Notes: generated by a model not told the origin, from the letters alone. 64,000 bases of DNA from Chrysomallon squamiferum (GCA_012295275.1 CM022679.1:24800001-24864000), one strand, 5' to 3'; counted from the first letter of the stretch, positions 41,053 through 52,674 are shown. A program made the numbers and translations.

Positions 41053-43861
41053 TCACTTTGGTTTGTCAGCAAAGTAAATGTCTTTTGTCAACATGGAAAT
41101 CAAACAAGGAACTTGCTTTTTGTAACTCATAGACTTATAGTTTCTTAACTCATAGACTTATGTTTCGGATTGTTAGATTCATAGAACAAAGCAACCTTTC
41201 TGCTAACTTGTGTGAGAACTCGTGTTAAACTCACGTCCTTGTTTTTGCTTTTAGTCAACATTTCTGTTAAACAGGTAATAAACCAGGTTCCAGTTGTCCG
41301 TCGCCAAGCATAATAACCTGCAAACAATAAAAAAAAATCCCTGGGTACAGATGAAGTGGATGTAAGAAGAGTAATAAAAATGAATTCATAAAGGCTGCTC
41401 CCTGATAAAAGATGATTTTTAAACCAGTGGTTCCCAAACGTTTTTGGTTCCACAACCCCTATCACCCTGCTACCCACTCATCTTATGACACATCTCATTC
41501 TTTGTATTAGGTACACTACACTATTAAAAACAACAACAAACACCCTGAATGTTTTCACAGTACCATCCACTTTGGGAATCAGTGTTTTAAACTGTAGCAG
41601 ATGTTCTGGAAGACCAGAGAATTTCTTTTTATTCCATTATTGCAAATACTAGCAAATGATAATTTGCCTAATAAAAGGTAATTTTAAACTTTATTAGGTG
41701 CTTTTGAAGAACAGAACTAAGATAAACAGTCTGTTTATTCCATTATTGTTACTGGCAAATGAATATTTGAGTTGTAGAAAACCAGAATGGCTTAATTAAA
41801 AATATCAATCGTCTAACACTTAAAACAGAAATAAAATTAGAATGGCTTAATTCACAAATATGGATTATACAGGCAGAGATGCTGATAACATCAATCGTCT
41901 AACACTGAATAGTTAAACAGAAACAAAAAACAAAAAAAAAAAAAAAAAAAAATGTTTCTTTAGTGGTTCGCTAAATGGGGGTAAAATGAGGGGTAAAATG
42001 AACCACACCCTGCAAACACCAAAGAGTGTGGGGGTCATGCTTTTATAGGCTGCAACCATGGTTCATTATGCCCCTTATTTTCTGCTTTGTGGTGACCTGG
42101 GTTTCACACTGATGCAGTAACAACTCAGTTCTTATGTTTTAAATTGGTGACAAACTGATTACTTCATAATTAGTCATACATTTCATATTATGAATAACTG
42201 TCAATCTCAAATGGCTTTCCTGTTTGTACTGCTGCATATTATTCTGTATATTCTAAATTTTGCTTTGATGGTTGAGAAATATGATAAAACTTGTGAACAT
42301 GTTAAATAAAAAAATAACTACTGATGGCTAAGAGAGGCATATTCTACACTAATGACGTCTATGTGAAAACAGCTATACTGTAAGGACAGTGAATCTACGT
42401 ATCCCTCTGTCCATGAACTGATGTATTCTTACCTGGTGGACTTGCATACATAACAAGGAAGTCTCTGTATAAAGGTGTGGGAACAAGTGTGATTGTTGTT
42501 TTCTTCTTGCGAGTGTCTCTTGATCCCTGAGCATCAGTTTCATCTTCATCACAAACATCAGAATTTAAATCACTGTTGTCATCATCATCATCATCATCAT
42601 CATCATCTGACTGTTCCTGTGGCTCACACTGTTTAGGCGTGTCTTCCTGTGCATTATCATTTTTATCAAATTGTTTTATTTGACCTAACTTGTTTTTATA
42701 ACCTTTGTCCTTTATAACTTTTTGTTTACACCATCATCATATTTACAACCACGACATGCCTGTAAGTAAAACACATTCCATATAACTGTTCATTATATAT
42801 ACACACACACACACACACACATATAGACATATACAGAAACGTAATAATTTGAGCCTTGTTATGTTAATAGTAATCTTTATTATAAGCAAATATTATTTGC
42901 TAATAATAATTAAAAGCACAACTTGCAAATAACACAAAACATATTCAAACTATCCACTTTTTTGCCTATATTAGATTAATATCAGTTTGGATATAAATAA
43001 AAAAAAAAAAAAAAAAAAAAGAAATGAAAATGAAAGCCCTCACACATTTTAATATTAAAAAAAAAAGCAAAAACAAATAAAGATAGAAAATAAATATTGT
43101 TTAAATAAACTTTAGTACTGCAAACCTGAATGAAAAACAGTCTTGGTTTTCCTGTCAGTTGAGGACAGTTGAAATCATTGAACAATTCAGGTACATCTCT
43201 CATCAACACTGGTACCCCATCTACACCAAAAACCATGTCCTGTCTTTCCCTGGTGTCAGATGACAAGATTTGATCTGTATAATCTCCGTGTGACAGTATA
43301 GCACATGCAAAACAGTCTGCTGTCACATGATCAAACTCTTGGGCAGCTGCAACATCAACAATATTCAAATCCTTCACATTATATCATCTAGAAACAAAAT
43401 ATTGTTTTATATATGTATATAAAATTTTATTAGGAGGTAAAGTTGGATGATAAAAATTAAATGCAATAATAGCATTAATTAAAATAATTTGTTTTACCTG
43501 TGAAAATATTGGTGTGGGAAGACTTAAAAGGCTTTATATATATATATATATATATATCTTAATTTACACACAGTTTGATATGGCTGATTATATATAAAAA
43601 TGTTGTTTACTAAATAAAATTATTTGTCAAGTTCTCATCCACAAATGCAAAAGTAATAATAATACAGCAATAATAATAAACTTCCCTATTAGCAACAAGT
43701 AATCTTTAAATGCACCATACCTCAGACAACATGGCCATTTATTTATTTATTTATTTTATTTTAGTTTTTTTTTTTTTTATTGGTTTTTTTTTTTCATTTT
43801 GTTTTTGTATCTGTTTCATCTCTTCTTTTTTATATAAATCTTTTACTGAATATATTACATA

Positions 43862-43899
<38 letters not shown>

Positions 43900-45329
43900 A
43901 CTGTAAAAATATCACAAAAGATTAAAAAGCTGTCTATGTCACTGAATGTTATTACATATTATAATTAAACATATATTGTTCACATACCTTTTTTAAGTTT
44001 AGTCATCATTTTCTCAGTATTTAAATTATTGTATAGTTTCACAGTGAATCCAAGATGTCTGAACATTTTTTTAAGAGAACTTGCATCTGTTTTGGACCCA
44101 GGCCTATTATCCATGTCAGCTTTTTTCTTAAACTTCTCATTGTTAATAATCACAGCCAAACCTTGATTTTTATTAGTGAAATTATAGCAGATTTATAATA
44201 ATCCTCAACTGAAGGCAACTCAAAACAGCCTTTTTCTTTCTTTTGGTTTCCTGTGATAAAAAAATAAAAATATATATAAATATATATACATATATGTTGA
44301 AAAATCATAATTATGTACTCAAGAATACCTGGAAAATAAAAGTTTAATGAATAATTTATATTATCAGTAACAATATTTGTAAAATTTTATTGAAATTATT
44401 TTTATTATTTCTAATTATTGTTTTTTTTTTTTCAACTGTAAATAGTAGGACTGTTCAAAGCAAAAAGATTCAATTACTCTGATAAAAACTGCCTGCCTTT
44501 CTTTAGCAAATTCTTGTGTATTTTATAACACACACACACACACACACAACACACACACACACACACACACAATTTGTAATGCTACAATTTTTTTTATCTT
44601 TCATTTGCTTACCAAATGTTTAAATAAATATTCTATTAAATATATGTCTTACACTCAGCACTGTATTCAGCTTGTTTAAGAAAATAAATAAATAAAGACA
44701 GAAATAAATAAAAAAGAAGAAACAAAAATATAATGAATAAAGGGATTTAATTACTGAAGAATATTCCTGAAAGTTTTCTTAATTCCATCAGTTCCCATCA
44801 ACAAAAAAATGTAAAAACCACATAATAAAAACTGATTCTTTTAAAAGGCTTCTGTGTGCAGCTGAAATAAGGTTCAAAATTAAATCAGTAATAAATTAAT
44901 TAATTAATTGAAAAAAAAAATTGGATAAATTAATAGATGATGGACAAATAAATAATTTTAAAAATATATAAACACAAAGTATACTTTTAACAAGTTTTTA
45001 CATCCAGCTGAAAGTATTTTTATAAATAAATAAATTAATTATTTAGTTAATAACTAGATAGACAGATAGATAAATAAAAACACAATATAAAAACATGGGG
45101 TGGAAAACATGATAAGAAAGAAAAAAATAGAAAAAAATAAATAAAAAAAATAAAGTTGAAATTTAAATATAAAAAAAGAGAATATAAAATAATTACTAGT
45201 CTCAGTATCCATTCCAGGAGTACCCTGATCCTCATCAGATGAGCTTTCAGATGTTTCATCTTTTTCATCACTCATTAGTTCTTCATCATTTCCACACAGA
45301 TTTTCATCAGAATGGGATAATGACACCAT
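41053..45329 (-). pseudogene. Caspase-3/7-like (short acidic prodomain) gene, 5 coding exons, frame-disrupted in this sequence
   Basis: Exons 45329-45197 (MVSLSHSDENL..), 44250-43988 (GLAVIINNEKF..NRPGSKTDA), 43346-43126 (CFACAILSHG..GKPRLFFIQ), 42759-42433 (ACRG..DFLVMYASPP), 41317-41053 (GYYAWR..GTWF..KKQVPCLISMLTKDIYF). Catalytic SHG and QACRG present. Lesions: 4-nt deletion ~44190, 1-nt deletion ~42720, 23-nt duplication 41123-41145. Caspase identity is firm; pseudogene status is not. Confidence 0.8.
41425..41584. mobile_element. hAT-type MITE, 160 bp, in the last caspase intron
   Basis: Termini CAGTGGTTCCCAAA / TTTGGGAATCAGTG (2 mismatches) flanked by a perfect 8-bp target duplication TTTTAAAC (41417-41424 and 41585-41592). 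8-bp TSDs are characteristic of hAT elements. Confidence 0.85.
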
Positions 45330-45444
45330 TTTATCTAAAAACAACAGAAAATAAATTAAAGATATAAAGTAAAAAATGAATTCAATCATTTTATCAGGAA
45401 GAAACAATAAAGAAGTAGATTTAGTCCTGTTGTCAAAAAAATTA

Positions 45445-45870
45445 ACAACACAGACATTGTACTGAACAGAAAAAAATGTGATATAATACAATGTAGATTC
45501 TACAATATACAATATACAGACATTGTACTAGGAAAATATGATATAATACAGTGTAGGTTCTATATACAATACACAAAAACTGTATTGGACTGATAAAATT
45601 ATGATGTAATACAGTGTTGATTCTGCATACAACACACAGACATTGTACTGGACTGATGTAAAAACTAATATTATATACACTGTAGATTCTGTATACTTAA
45701 AATATGAAATACTGTGTAGACCCTGTATATAAACACAGACATTGCATGGACTGATAAAAAATGATATAATACAGTGTAGATTCTGTATACAATACACAGA
45801 CATGGACTGGTAAAAAATATTATATATAAAACTGTGTATTCTGCACATAATACACAGACACTGTACTGTA
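45445..45870 (+). repeat. Minisatellite, ~58 bp unit x ~7
   Basis: Recurrent acacagacattgtactg..atataatacagtgtagattctgtataca. Confidence 0.9.
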
Positions 45871-46505
45871 ATGAAGAAAATGTTTAAAAAGATCAGTATA
45901 TTCTGTTACAACTCAGTGGACTGTAACTGCTGAAACAGTCACTGTAGGTTGTTGATCCTGCTGTGGTCACTAAAAGTGAGACAGATATTTGTGGTTCTTG
46001 AAGAATATAACCACTGAATAATTTTAATTATGGTTAAGCTGTGTAAGATGTGTGGGAAGAGGGTATCACTGAGTAGTTTCAATTATGGCATCTGAAAGGT
46101 AAGTATCAGTTGTTTTCAAAAGAGGTGCAATTTTAGTGTTTGTCATAATCTGCTGCTTTCTCTTGACATGCCCAAAAGTCTGAGTTAAATGAATTCCAGT
46201 GCCCTTTCTGTTTCAAGGAGTCAAATATATTTTGTCAGTATGACATAAACAATTTTAAAAACCCACAAGAATGGCAGTAATGGATTTTTCAGTTGAATCT
46301 TTTTTCTGTAAGTAAAGAACATAGACAAATAACTGTGGGGAAAAATGTCTGAATAAATAATGCAACAACATAATAATTTTATAATCTATGATTTTATTAC
46401 CATCATAATATCAGTAAGTGGCACAGGACTTACGAGAGTGAAAACATTTTGTCATCATGCAATGGGTTACTCTTTTTCTTTTCTTTTTTATTTCATTTAT
46501 TTATT

Positions 46506-46557
<52 letters not shown>

Positions 46558-46982
46558 AATTTAGAACAAAATTATGCTGTTCATATTAAATTATGGTTCG
46601 AAAATTTCTAACTAGGGTCAGATCTATAGCACAATCACAGAATCAGTGGCCAAACCATAGCAGAAGTGTCATTATTTCTTAATGGCAGCTATTTTGAATA
46701 CGGTTTTAAAATAGGAAGGGGTGAATTTTAAGCCGTAAATTCAGTAACATGTATAAACCACTGCAAACGATAAACTGTTGTCTAAATATTCACATAAAAC
46801 GAAATAATTTTTTGTCTTCCGGCATCGAGTAACTTTCTTCATCTTTAAGTTTCAGTTTCTTATTTGTTTGCTGTTCAACGAAACAAGAAAGTGGTATATT
46901 TGTTTCATATTTTAAATAAAAATAAAAATAATATAAATATGTGGCATATATATATATAAAAAAGACGACATTAAGTTATTAC

Positions 46983-47085
46983 CTTAAAGTAACGAGTCCA
47001 ACAAAACAGATACTGAAATGTGATCGCCTAGAGAAAGCTGGGATTCCCCTACCACTTCAAGCATTCCCGGTAAAACTCGGAACAA
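46983..47085 (-). promoter_or_regulatory. Putative caspase non-coding first exon and promoter with an NF-kB site
   Basis: Minus-strand donor AAG|gtaat at ~46983; GGGATTCCCC 47040-47049 (GGGGAATCCC on -) fits the kB consensus GGGRNNYYCC; GAS-like TTCCCGGTAA ~47064. Motifs conserved in the duplicate at 38290. Confidence 0.6.
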
Positions 47086-47322
47086 CTCGGTTAATTTCAT
47101 AACATTCAAATGTACTTTTTTGTTTCTGCATACAACAATTTATCCAGTTCTTTGAAACTATCGTTAATGGAGTAAGAATCGGAAATTATATTAATTAATG
47201 TTTATTTACAAATTAAAGTATACAGTTTAATTTAAGTTAAATGTTGATAGGAGACTGTTAGTCCGGATACGGTCTTATTGCATAGACTGTTTTCAGATAA
47301 ATCATATAATATTTAATTTAAT

Positions 47323-47473
47323 ATTTTCGAAATAAAATAGACTGACCTCTTTTAGCGGCAAATCCATTTCAAATACACTCTACAAATAACATAATTAAAT
47401 ATTATATCATTTCTAGAGTGTATTTGAAATGGATATGCCGCTAAAAGAGGTCAGTCTACTTTATTTCGAAAAT
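47323..47473. repeat. Near-perfect 150 bp palindrome/foldback (MITE-like)
   Basis: ttttcgaaataaaatagactgacctcttttagcggcaaatccatttcaaatacactcta ... tagagtgtatttgaaatggatatgccgctaaaagaggtcagtctactttatttcgaaaa; arms ~60-65 bp, AT-rich loop. Confidence 0.9.
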
Positions 47474-47542
47474 TGGCTTTAAGTTGTTCAACTTGTTGTC
47501 TTACACATTTTTTTCTTAGCTTTTTTCTTCTTATTATATATA

Positions 47543-47610
<68 letters not shown>

Positions 47611-47809
47611 GATAACCATTTAGTTATTTATTTCATTTCAGGAGATTTTCACATCTAACAGAAATTACATCGATATTTCAATTTATCGTTAAATATTGAT
47701 CATGTAAACAATAACTGAACGTTTCATGTGTCTATCTATTTATAACTGATTTTTAATTAATTATTTAGTTGTTTTGGTGTTTTTTTTCACACACACGCGC
47801 GCGCGCGCG

Positions 47810-47852
<43 letters not shown>

Positions 47853-48655
47853 TGAAACTTACCCAAATGACTTTTAAAAATAAAATAAAATGTATGTGTG
47901 TTGACTTTCATTAAACAAGCCTTGAAGTTTGCCTTAAAACATGTTTGTGTTGATGTAGTTTTTTAAAGCAACTTTTACAGTGACTGGCAATCTTAATATT
48001 AATCGCCTACTCCTACCACGTTACAGGTGTTTAATGTTATATAATCAGTAAAGAATATTCAAACTAATTTAATCAACTAACACTTTTGGGGGGGGGGTGA
48101 GGGGAGGCGTGTTTTTCTTTGGTTTGCGGTGATGCTAAACAGTTTAAATCTTTTTCTTTCTTTCTTTCTGTTCTATTCAGGACTAAAATAATAAAGAATC
48201 TCTGTTTATGGTTACGGGCTTTGTTATCAAATTAAATATTACAAGGCTTGAACTAGTAGAAGTTTCATCTCAGTGATATGAGCGTTGGAATGGGAAATGA
48301 CGGGTGTCACGGGATCTACCTGATTGATAAATCAGTTGGGCTGTCCTCATTACAATCGCTTTATCAAATGCCATGTGTTTTTTCTAACTGCTGATAGGTA
48401 CACCGATAATCGATAAGAATAACTCCTTGTGTATGAAGTGGTTTACTTAGTGTTTACACTCTGTTACCATCATATATATATATATAATCTTCATTTTTTT
48501 TTTTTTTAATACTTACCATTGAAAATCATTCATACACAGCATGCGTTGATGTATTATTAAACAAGAATTTATTCATTCATTCAAACTTATTTATTATTAT
48601 TTAATATCTGCCGTCTATAATTTATCTTTTGCACTCTAAACAATTGTCATTTGTT

Positions 48656-48694
<39 letters not shown>

Positions 48695-48848
48695 ACCAGT
48701 GTTTGTTATTTGGAAAAAAAAAAAGTTTTAAGATACTTTCCATTTTGTTAATAACGCTTTCAAATAGCTATTGGTCTTAAGACTAGGGTTATATTTATAA
48801 CTATGGCAAATCAACTATTATCTTCTTAGTTATTATTATTATTATTAA

Positions 48849-48897
<49 letters not shown>

Positions 48898-50021
48898 GAA
48901 GTTGTTGTTAACTATCTACAATTATAAGTAGAAAAAACGCCATTATTACAAACATACCTGCATTTTATTTCTAAAAATATGATAATAAAGTAAAGAAATG
49001 GAGTCAGGCTATGTAAGATTCGAATCTGAATTTACTTTTTGCAGTAATAATGATTATTATGATGAATATGATTGTGATGATATTGAAGAAGGTATATGTG
49101 GTACTGATGATTATAAAAGTAATAAAAAGAAAAAGAAGAAATCTGAATCAAGCCTCCTCTGTTACTGATATAAATGATATGTATATGAATGAATAAACAA
49201 ACAAAACATAAAAAAAAAAAGAAAGAAAGAAAAAAGTAACATACGAACAAAATAAAGAATGATTTGAATATTTAATACTTCAGCAATATACAATATTATA
49301 AAAATCATACTACACATAAAAATAAAACAAATAAAAAAATATTTAAATAGTTTCAAAGTTCCAATGTCTTTCTAATAATTCAAAACAATACATTGTAAGT
49401 CTACATTAAATAAAAATATGCAGTCATTTAAGAATTGTTAATAATCGGCAAATCAAAAACATTAGACATTTTTTATCCTGTGCTAATATATACATATCTC
49501 AAAACTATAATAATTATGTTTATATGAAAGAAAAATGAAAATTCAAAAGCAGAGACCGCCAGAAATGCGAAAATGAGGTTGACGAAAGAGAGAAAAAAAA
49601 CGAATGAGAAAAAGTACGATGATAGCATTCACCGTGTCATGGAATATTTCTTCATATTGTTTTAAAGTCACTTTTTACGTCATGAAGTCGTGTAATTAAT
49701 GAAGTTTCATGTATTAAAATATGTTATGATGCTCAGTGTTTTTTGTTGTTTGTTTTTGTTTGTTTGTTTTAGCAATATATTTACATTGCTGACATCAAAA
49801 CAAGAACAGAGACAAATCCGTGTAATATAAAATAAAATAAGTGTCTAATAGATGCACAAATATGCTCTCACACATACGTGTGTGAATGTTCCCTCACAGG
49901 TGTCTTACACTTTTTAACAACAAAGATAAATCATTATTTCAAATAAAATGGTAACTTGATGGTATACAAAATTTAACTGGCCGAATTTTGCTTGGATAAA
50001 ATCAACAACGGTATATTCACT

Positions 50022-52580
50022 TCAAATCTCCTCAATAAATTTTTTCCAAAAATCTTCCTTCTGTTCATCATACTCAGTATAGGTGTATCTTTTAATCTGA
50101 AGTTTTATTTCTTTTGGAATGTCCCCGTCAGGAATGTTTTCCAGCATAACAATCATTATAACATCTTCTCCCGTTCTGGCTTCTTTAGTACAAGCCTCCT
50201 GTAATTCGCGGTTACGCATACCATCGTGCAGAAAGTTTCGTGATAAAAGCAAAACAGTTTTCCGGCTTTTCGCGATCAAATCCACAATTCGACGTAGTTC
50301 GGATTCTGTAGGGGAGATATTGTTTTTAGAAACAAATATTTTGTTCTGTTTGTTTGCAAGCATATCGTTATAAAACCTTTCATCTTCCTCGGAATATGAA
50401 ATATAGGCATCGTACGGGTATTTTTTTTCTAAATTTTGGTTTTCTTTGAAACTGAGCCAGAAATTATTATAAGTAAATATCAGTTTCCATCGATATTTGT
50501 AAATTATGCCACCAATAATTACAAATACAAAAAAAATAACGGCTAGGGAAATTCCTACGTCCAATCCAAAATCACTGGAGCACTCCTTTTCCAAATTCTT
50601 GATTATTGAATACAGATGTCTGAGGTTGTAATTTTTCCCGTAAGAGTCAAGGCAATAATAATATTTTCTGCTGTATCGTTGTTTTACTTTAGAATTTAGC
50701 ATCCACCTCAAAAAATGCAAATTATGGCATTCACACGAAATAGGATTCTGGCTGAGGTCAAGGACTACTGAATGGTTTTGTGTTGTCACAGTACTGTCAA
50801 GATCATCCATCAGTCGTTTTGAAAGCCACCGTAACATGTTGTGAGACAAATCTATAAATTTTAAATTTTTCATGTGCCTTGCATATAGTTTTTCTAAATA
50901 CAAATTGTTTCTGGAAGCTTTTAACGTTTCTAGGTTTACAAGACCTTTGAATAGATTGGCATGGAATTTTTGTATCGTATTTCCACTCAAATCTAGAATT
51001 CGTAGAGACGTTAAGTTTTGAAAGAGCGTTCCTTCTTCATCCTGAATAATAATATCGTTAAGTAAATTCCAAGAAATATTCAAATAGACCAAAGAATGAA
51101 AGTTTTGAAAGAACTGTGGTTCAGCACATGTAGCAAGATTGTTAGAGAGATCCAAGTTTTTTAGTTTTTCTAAACCGATTATCGGTCCAATCCAAAATGA
51201 GAGCAAGTTGTGAGAAATATCTAGTTCTGTTAAACTGTTTGGTTCTATTTTAATTGTAGATATACAGTATGATATTTGTTTAAATGTAGATTTTATTTTA
51301 TTTAGTTTTAAAGGCAGATTGAAAATCAAAGGCTTTGACTTTCTGCATTCACTAGTAGCAGATGAGCAAAACAGGAATTTCGACTTGTCTGTATGAAATA
51401 AACGTTTATCTAAGGAGCTGCAGGAAGGTTCATCTTCAGCTGAACAGTGAGGTGTGCTTATTACATCTGGCTGCGCTGATGAAGGCATTCTGTGTAAACC
51501 TGGCGGACCGCTGAGATCTATTTCTGTTAAATTTGCTAAAAATATCAAATCCTGCATATATTTTCCGGCTGTAAAGCGTTCGTTTTGCAGAGAAATTTTT
51601 TGCAAAGTTTTCGGAAGTTTTGGTATAGCACCTTTTTCAAACGCCTCGATTCTATTTCCATCAGCATGAATTTCATTTAAGTGGGTAGCAGTAAAGTATT
51701 TTAAATTTTCCCTTGTGATCTGGATGCAAATGGCGTACTTTGCTACAATTCTGTTAATGCGTAGTACTTGCAGAGAGGAATTCTGCCAACCATAAGCACC
51801 TATTCCGATTTTTTTGAATCCAAGTTTTCTGTTGTCAGAGAGATCCAGAAAGATCAGAGAATTCTTCATGGGTGAGAAAGTTGCAGGTTCGATATCTGTA
51901 ATATGACAGAAAGATAAATCTAAGGCAACTACTTGTCTGACGTGAAGAAATGTTCGGTTGAATAACCTCGACATGTTACAGTATCCTTCTCCGAAGCTTA
52001 GGAGTTTAAGAGAACTCAGCTTTGAAAATTCTTCGCCAAAACTTTGTTCAGGAAGTCCATCTAGATAAAGGTCCTGCAATGACGTAAGGGTAGCTAAAGC
52101 AGGAGTTGGATACGTTTGGGTTTTATCATTGAGGTTGGCATTATGAGTCAGTGATAGAGTCTTCAGACTTTTTAAAGGCTTGAAAACATCACTTTTAAAT
52201 ACACGGTTTGTATACTTCAGTCTGTTACCAGTTAAATTCAGTTTCTTAAGAGTTTCTAATTTTTCAAATGCTCCGGTTTCAATTGTGTCTATTATGTTGT
52301 TAGCCAAACTGAGACGAACAAGTCTGGTGAAGGATGAGAAATTGGAGGTACCAAGTTCTGTCAAATTGTTGAAATCCAACACCAGTGCACTAATACGATT
52401 GGCGTCTGGTATGTGTGGAACTGCAGAAAAGCCCCTCGAAGAGCAGTCAGCTACAAGATGTGATTTTTTGAGATAACAAACACACGGGCCGCAATCATAT
52501 GTGATTGTTTTCCTTAAAGAATGAAACGTAGTAGCCGCTGTCAACGTCGTAATGACCAGGGCCAGCAACAGACGATCCAT
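50022..52580 (-). CDS. TLR: Toll-like receptor (single-cysteine-cluster type), single coding exon, ~852 aa
   Basis: Signal peptide MDRLLLALVITTLTAA; LRRNT CGPCVC..ADCS; many LxxLxLxxN repeats; LRRCT NPISCECHNLHFLRWM; TM GISLAVIFFVFVIIGGII; TIR YDAYISYS..SRKTVLLLSRNFL..FWKKF. The track start at 52601 is a TTG; the first ATG is at 52580. Confidence 0.97.
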   Translation of the reverse strand: MDRLLLALVITTLTAATTFHSLRKTITYDCGPCVCYLKKSHLVADCSSRGFSAVPHIPDANRISALVLDFNNLTELGTSNFSSFTRLVRLSLANNIIDTIETGAFEKLETLKKLNLTGNRLKYTNRVFKSDVFKPLKSLKTLSLTHNANLNDKTQTYPTPALATLTSLQDLYLDGLPEQSFGEEFSKLSSLKLLSFGEGYCNMSRLFNRTFLHVRQVVALDLSFCHITDIEPATFSPMKNSLIFLDLSDNRKLGFKKIGIGAYGWQNSSLQVLRINRIVAKYAICIQITRENLKYFTATHLNEIHADGNRIEAFEKGAIPKLPKTLQKISLQNERFTAGKYMQDLIFLANLTEIDLSGPPGLHRMPSSAQPDVISTPHCSAEDEPSCSSLDKRLFHTDKSKFLFCSSATSECRKSKPLIFNLPLKLNKIKSTFKQISYCISTIKIEPNSLTELDISHNLLSFWIGPIIGLEKLKNLDLSNNLATCAEPQFFQNFHSLVYLNISWNLLNDIIIQDEEGTLFQNLTSLRILDLSGNTIQKFHANLFKGLVNLETLKASRNNLYLEKLYARHMKNLKFIDLSHNMLRWLSKRLMDDLDSTVTTQNHSVVLDLSQNPISCECHNLHFLRWMLNSKVKQRYSRKYYYCLDSYGKNYNLRHLYSIIKNLEKECSSDFGLDVGISLAVIFFVFVIIGGIIYKYRWKLIFTYNNFWLSFKENQNLEKKYPYDAYISYSEEDERFYNDMLANKQNKIFVSKNNISPTESELRRIVDLIAKSRKTVLLLSRNFLHDGMRNRELQEACTKEARTGEDVIMIVMLENIPDGDIPKEIKLQIKRYTYTEYDEQKEDFWKKFIEEI

Positions 52581-52674
52581 GATCTTATCTTCAAAAGGCA
52601 ATAAATAATATATTATTTTAATTAGAATATCAACATCAGATTCAGTTTTATCGAAGATATAAATTTAGACTTTT

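Noticed and set aside
44654-44671. Possible 18-nt caspase micro-exon with a gtaag donor
   Set aside because: Inclusion would create TGA at the junction with exon 44250; exons 1 and 2 already join in phase.
45445-45870. Regularly spaced repeats resembling a CRISPR array
   Set aside because: Whole units are mutually similar with no unique spacers, no cas genes, and the context is a eukaryotic intron: a minisatellite.
50119-52476. Plus-strand ORFs overlapping the TLR
   Set aside because: Antisense shadows of a long coding exon with no recognisable motifs.
52581-52601. Track start of the TLR ORF (MPFEDKI)
   Set aside because: It is a TTG codon; the signal peptide begins at the ATG at 52580.
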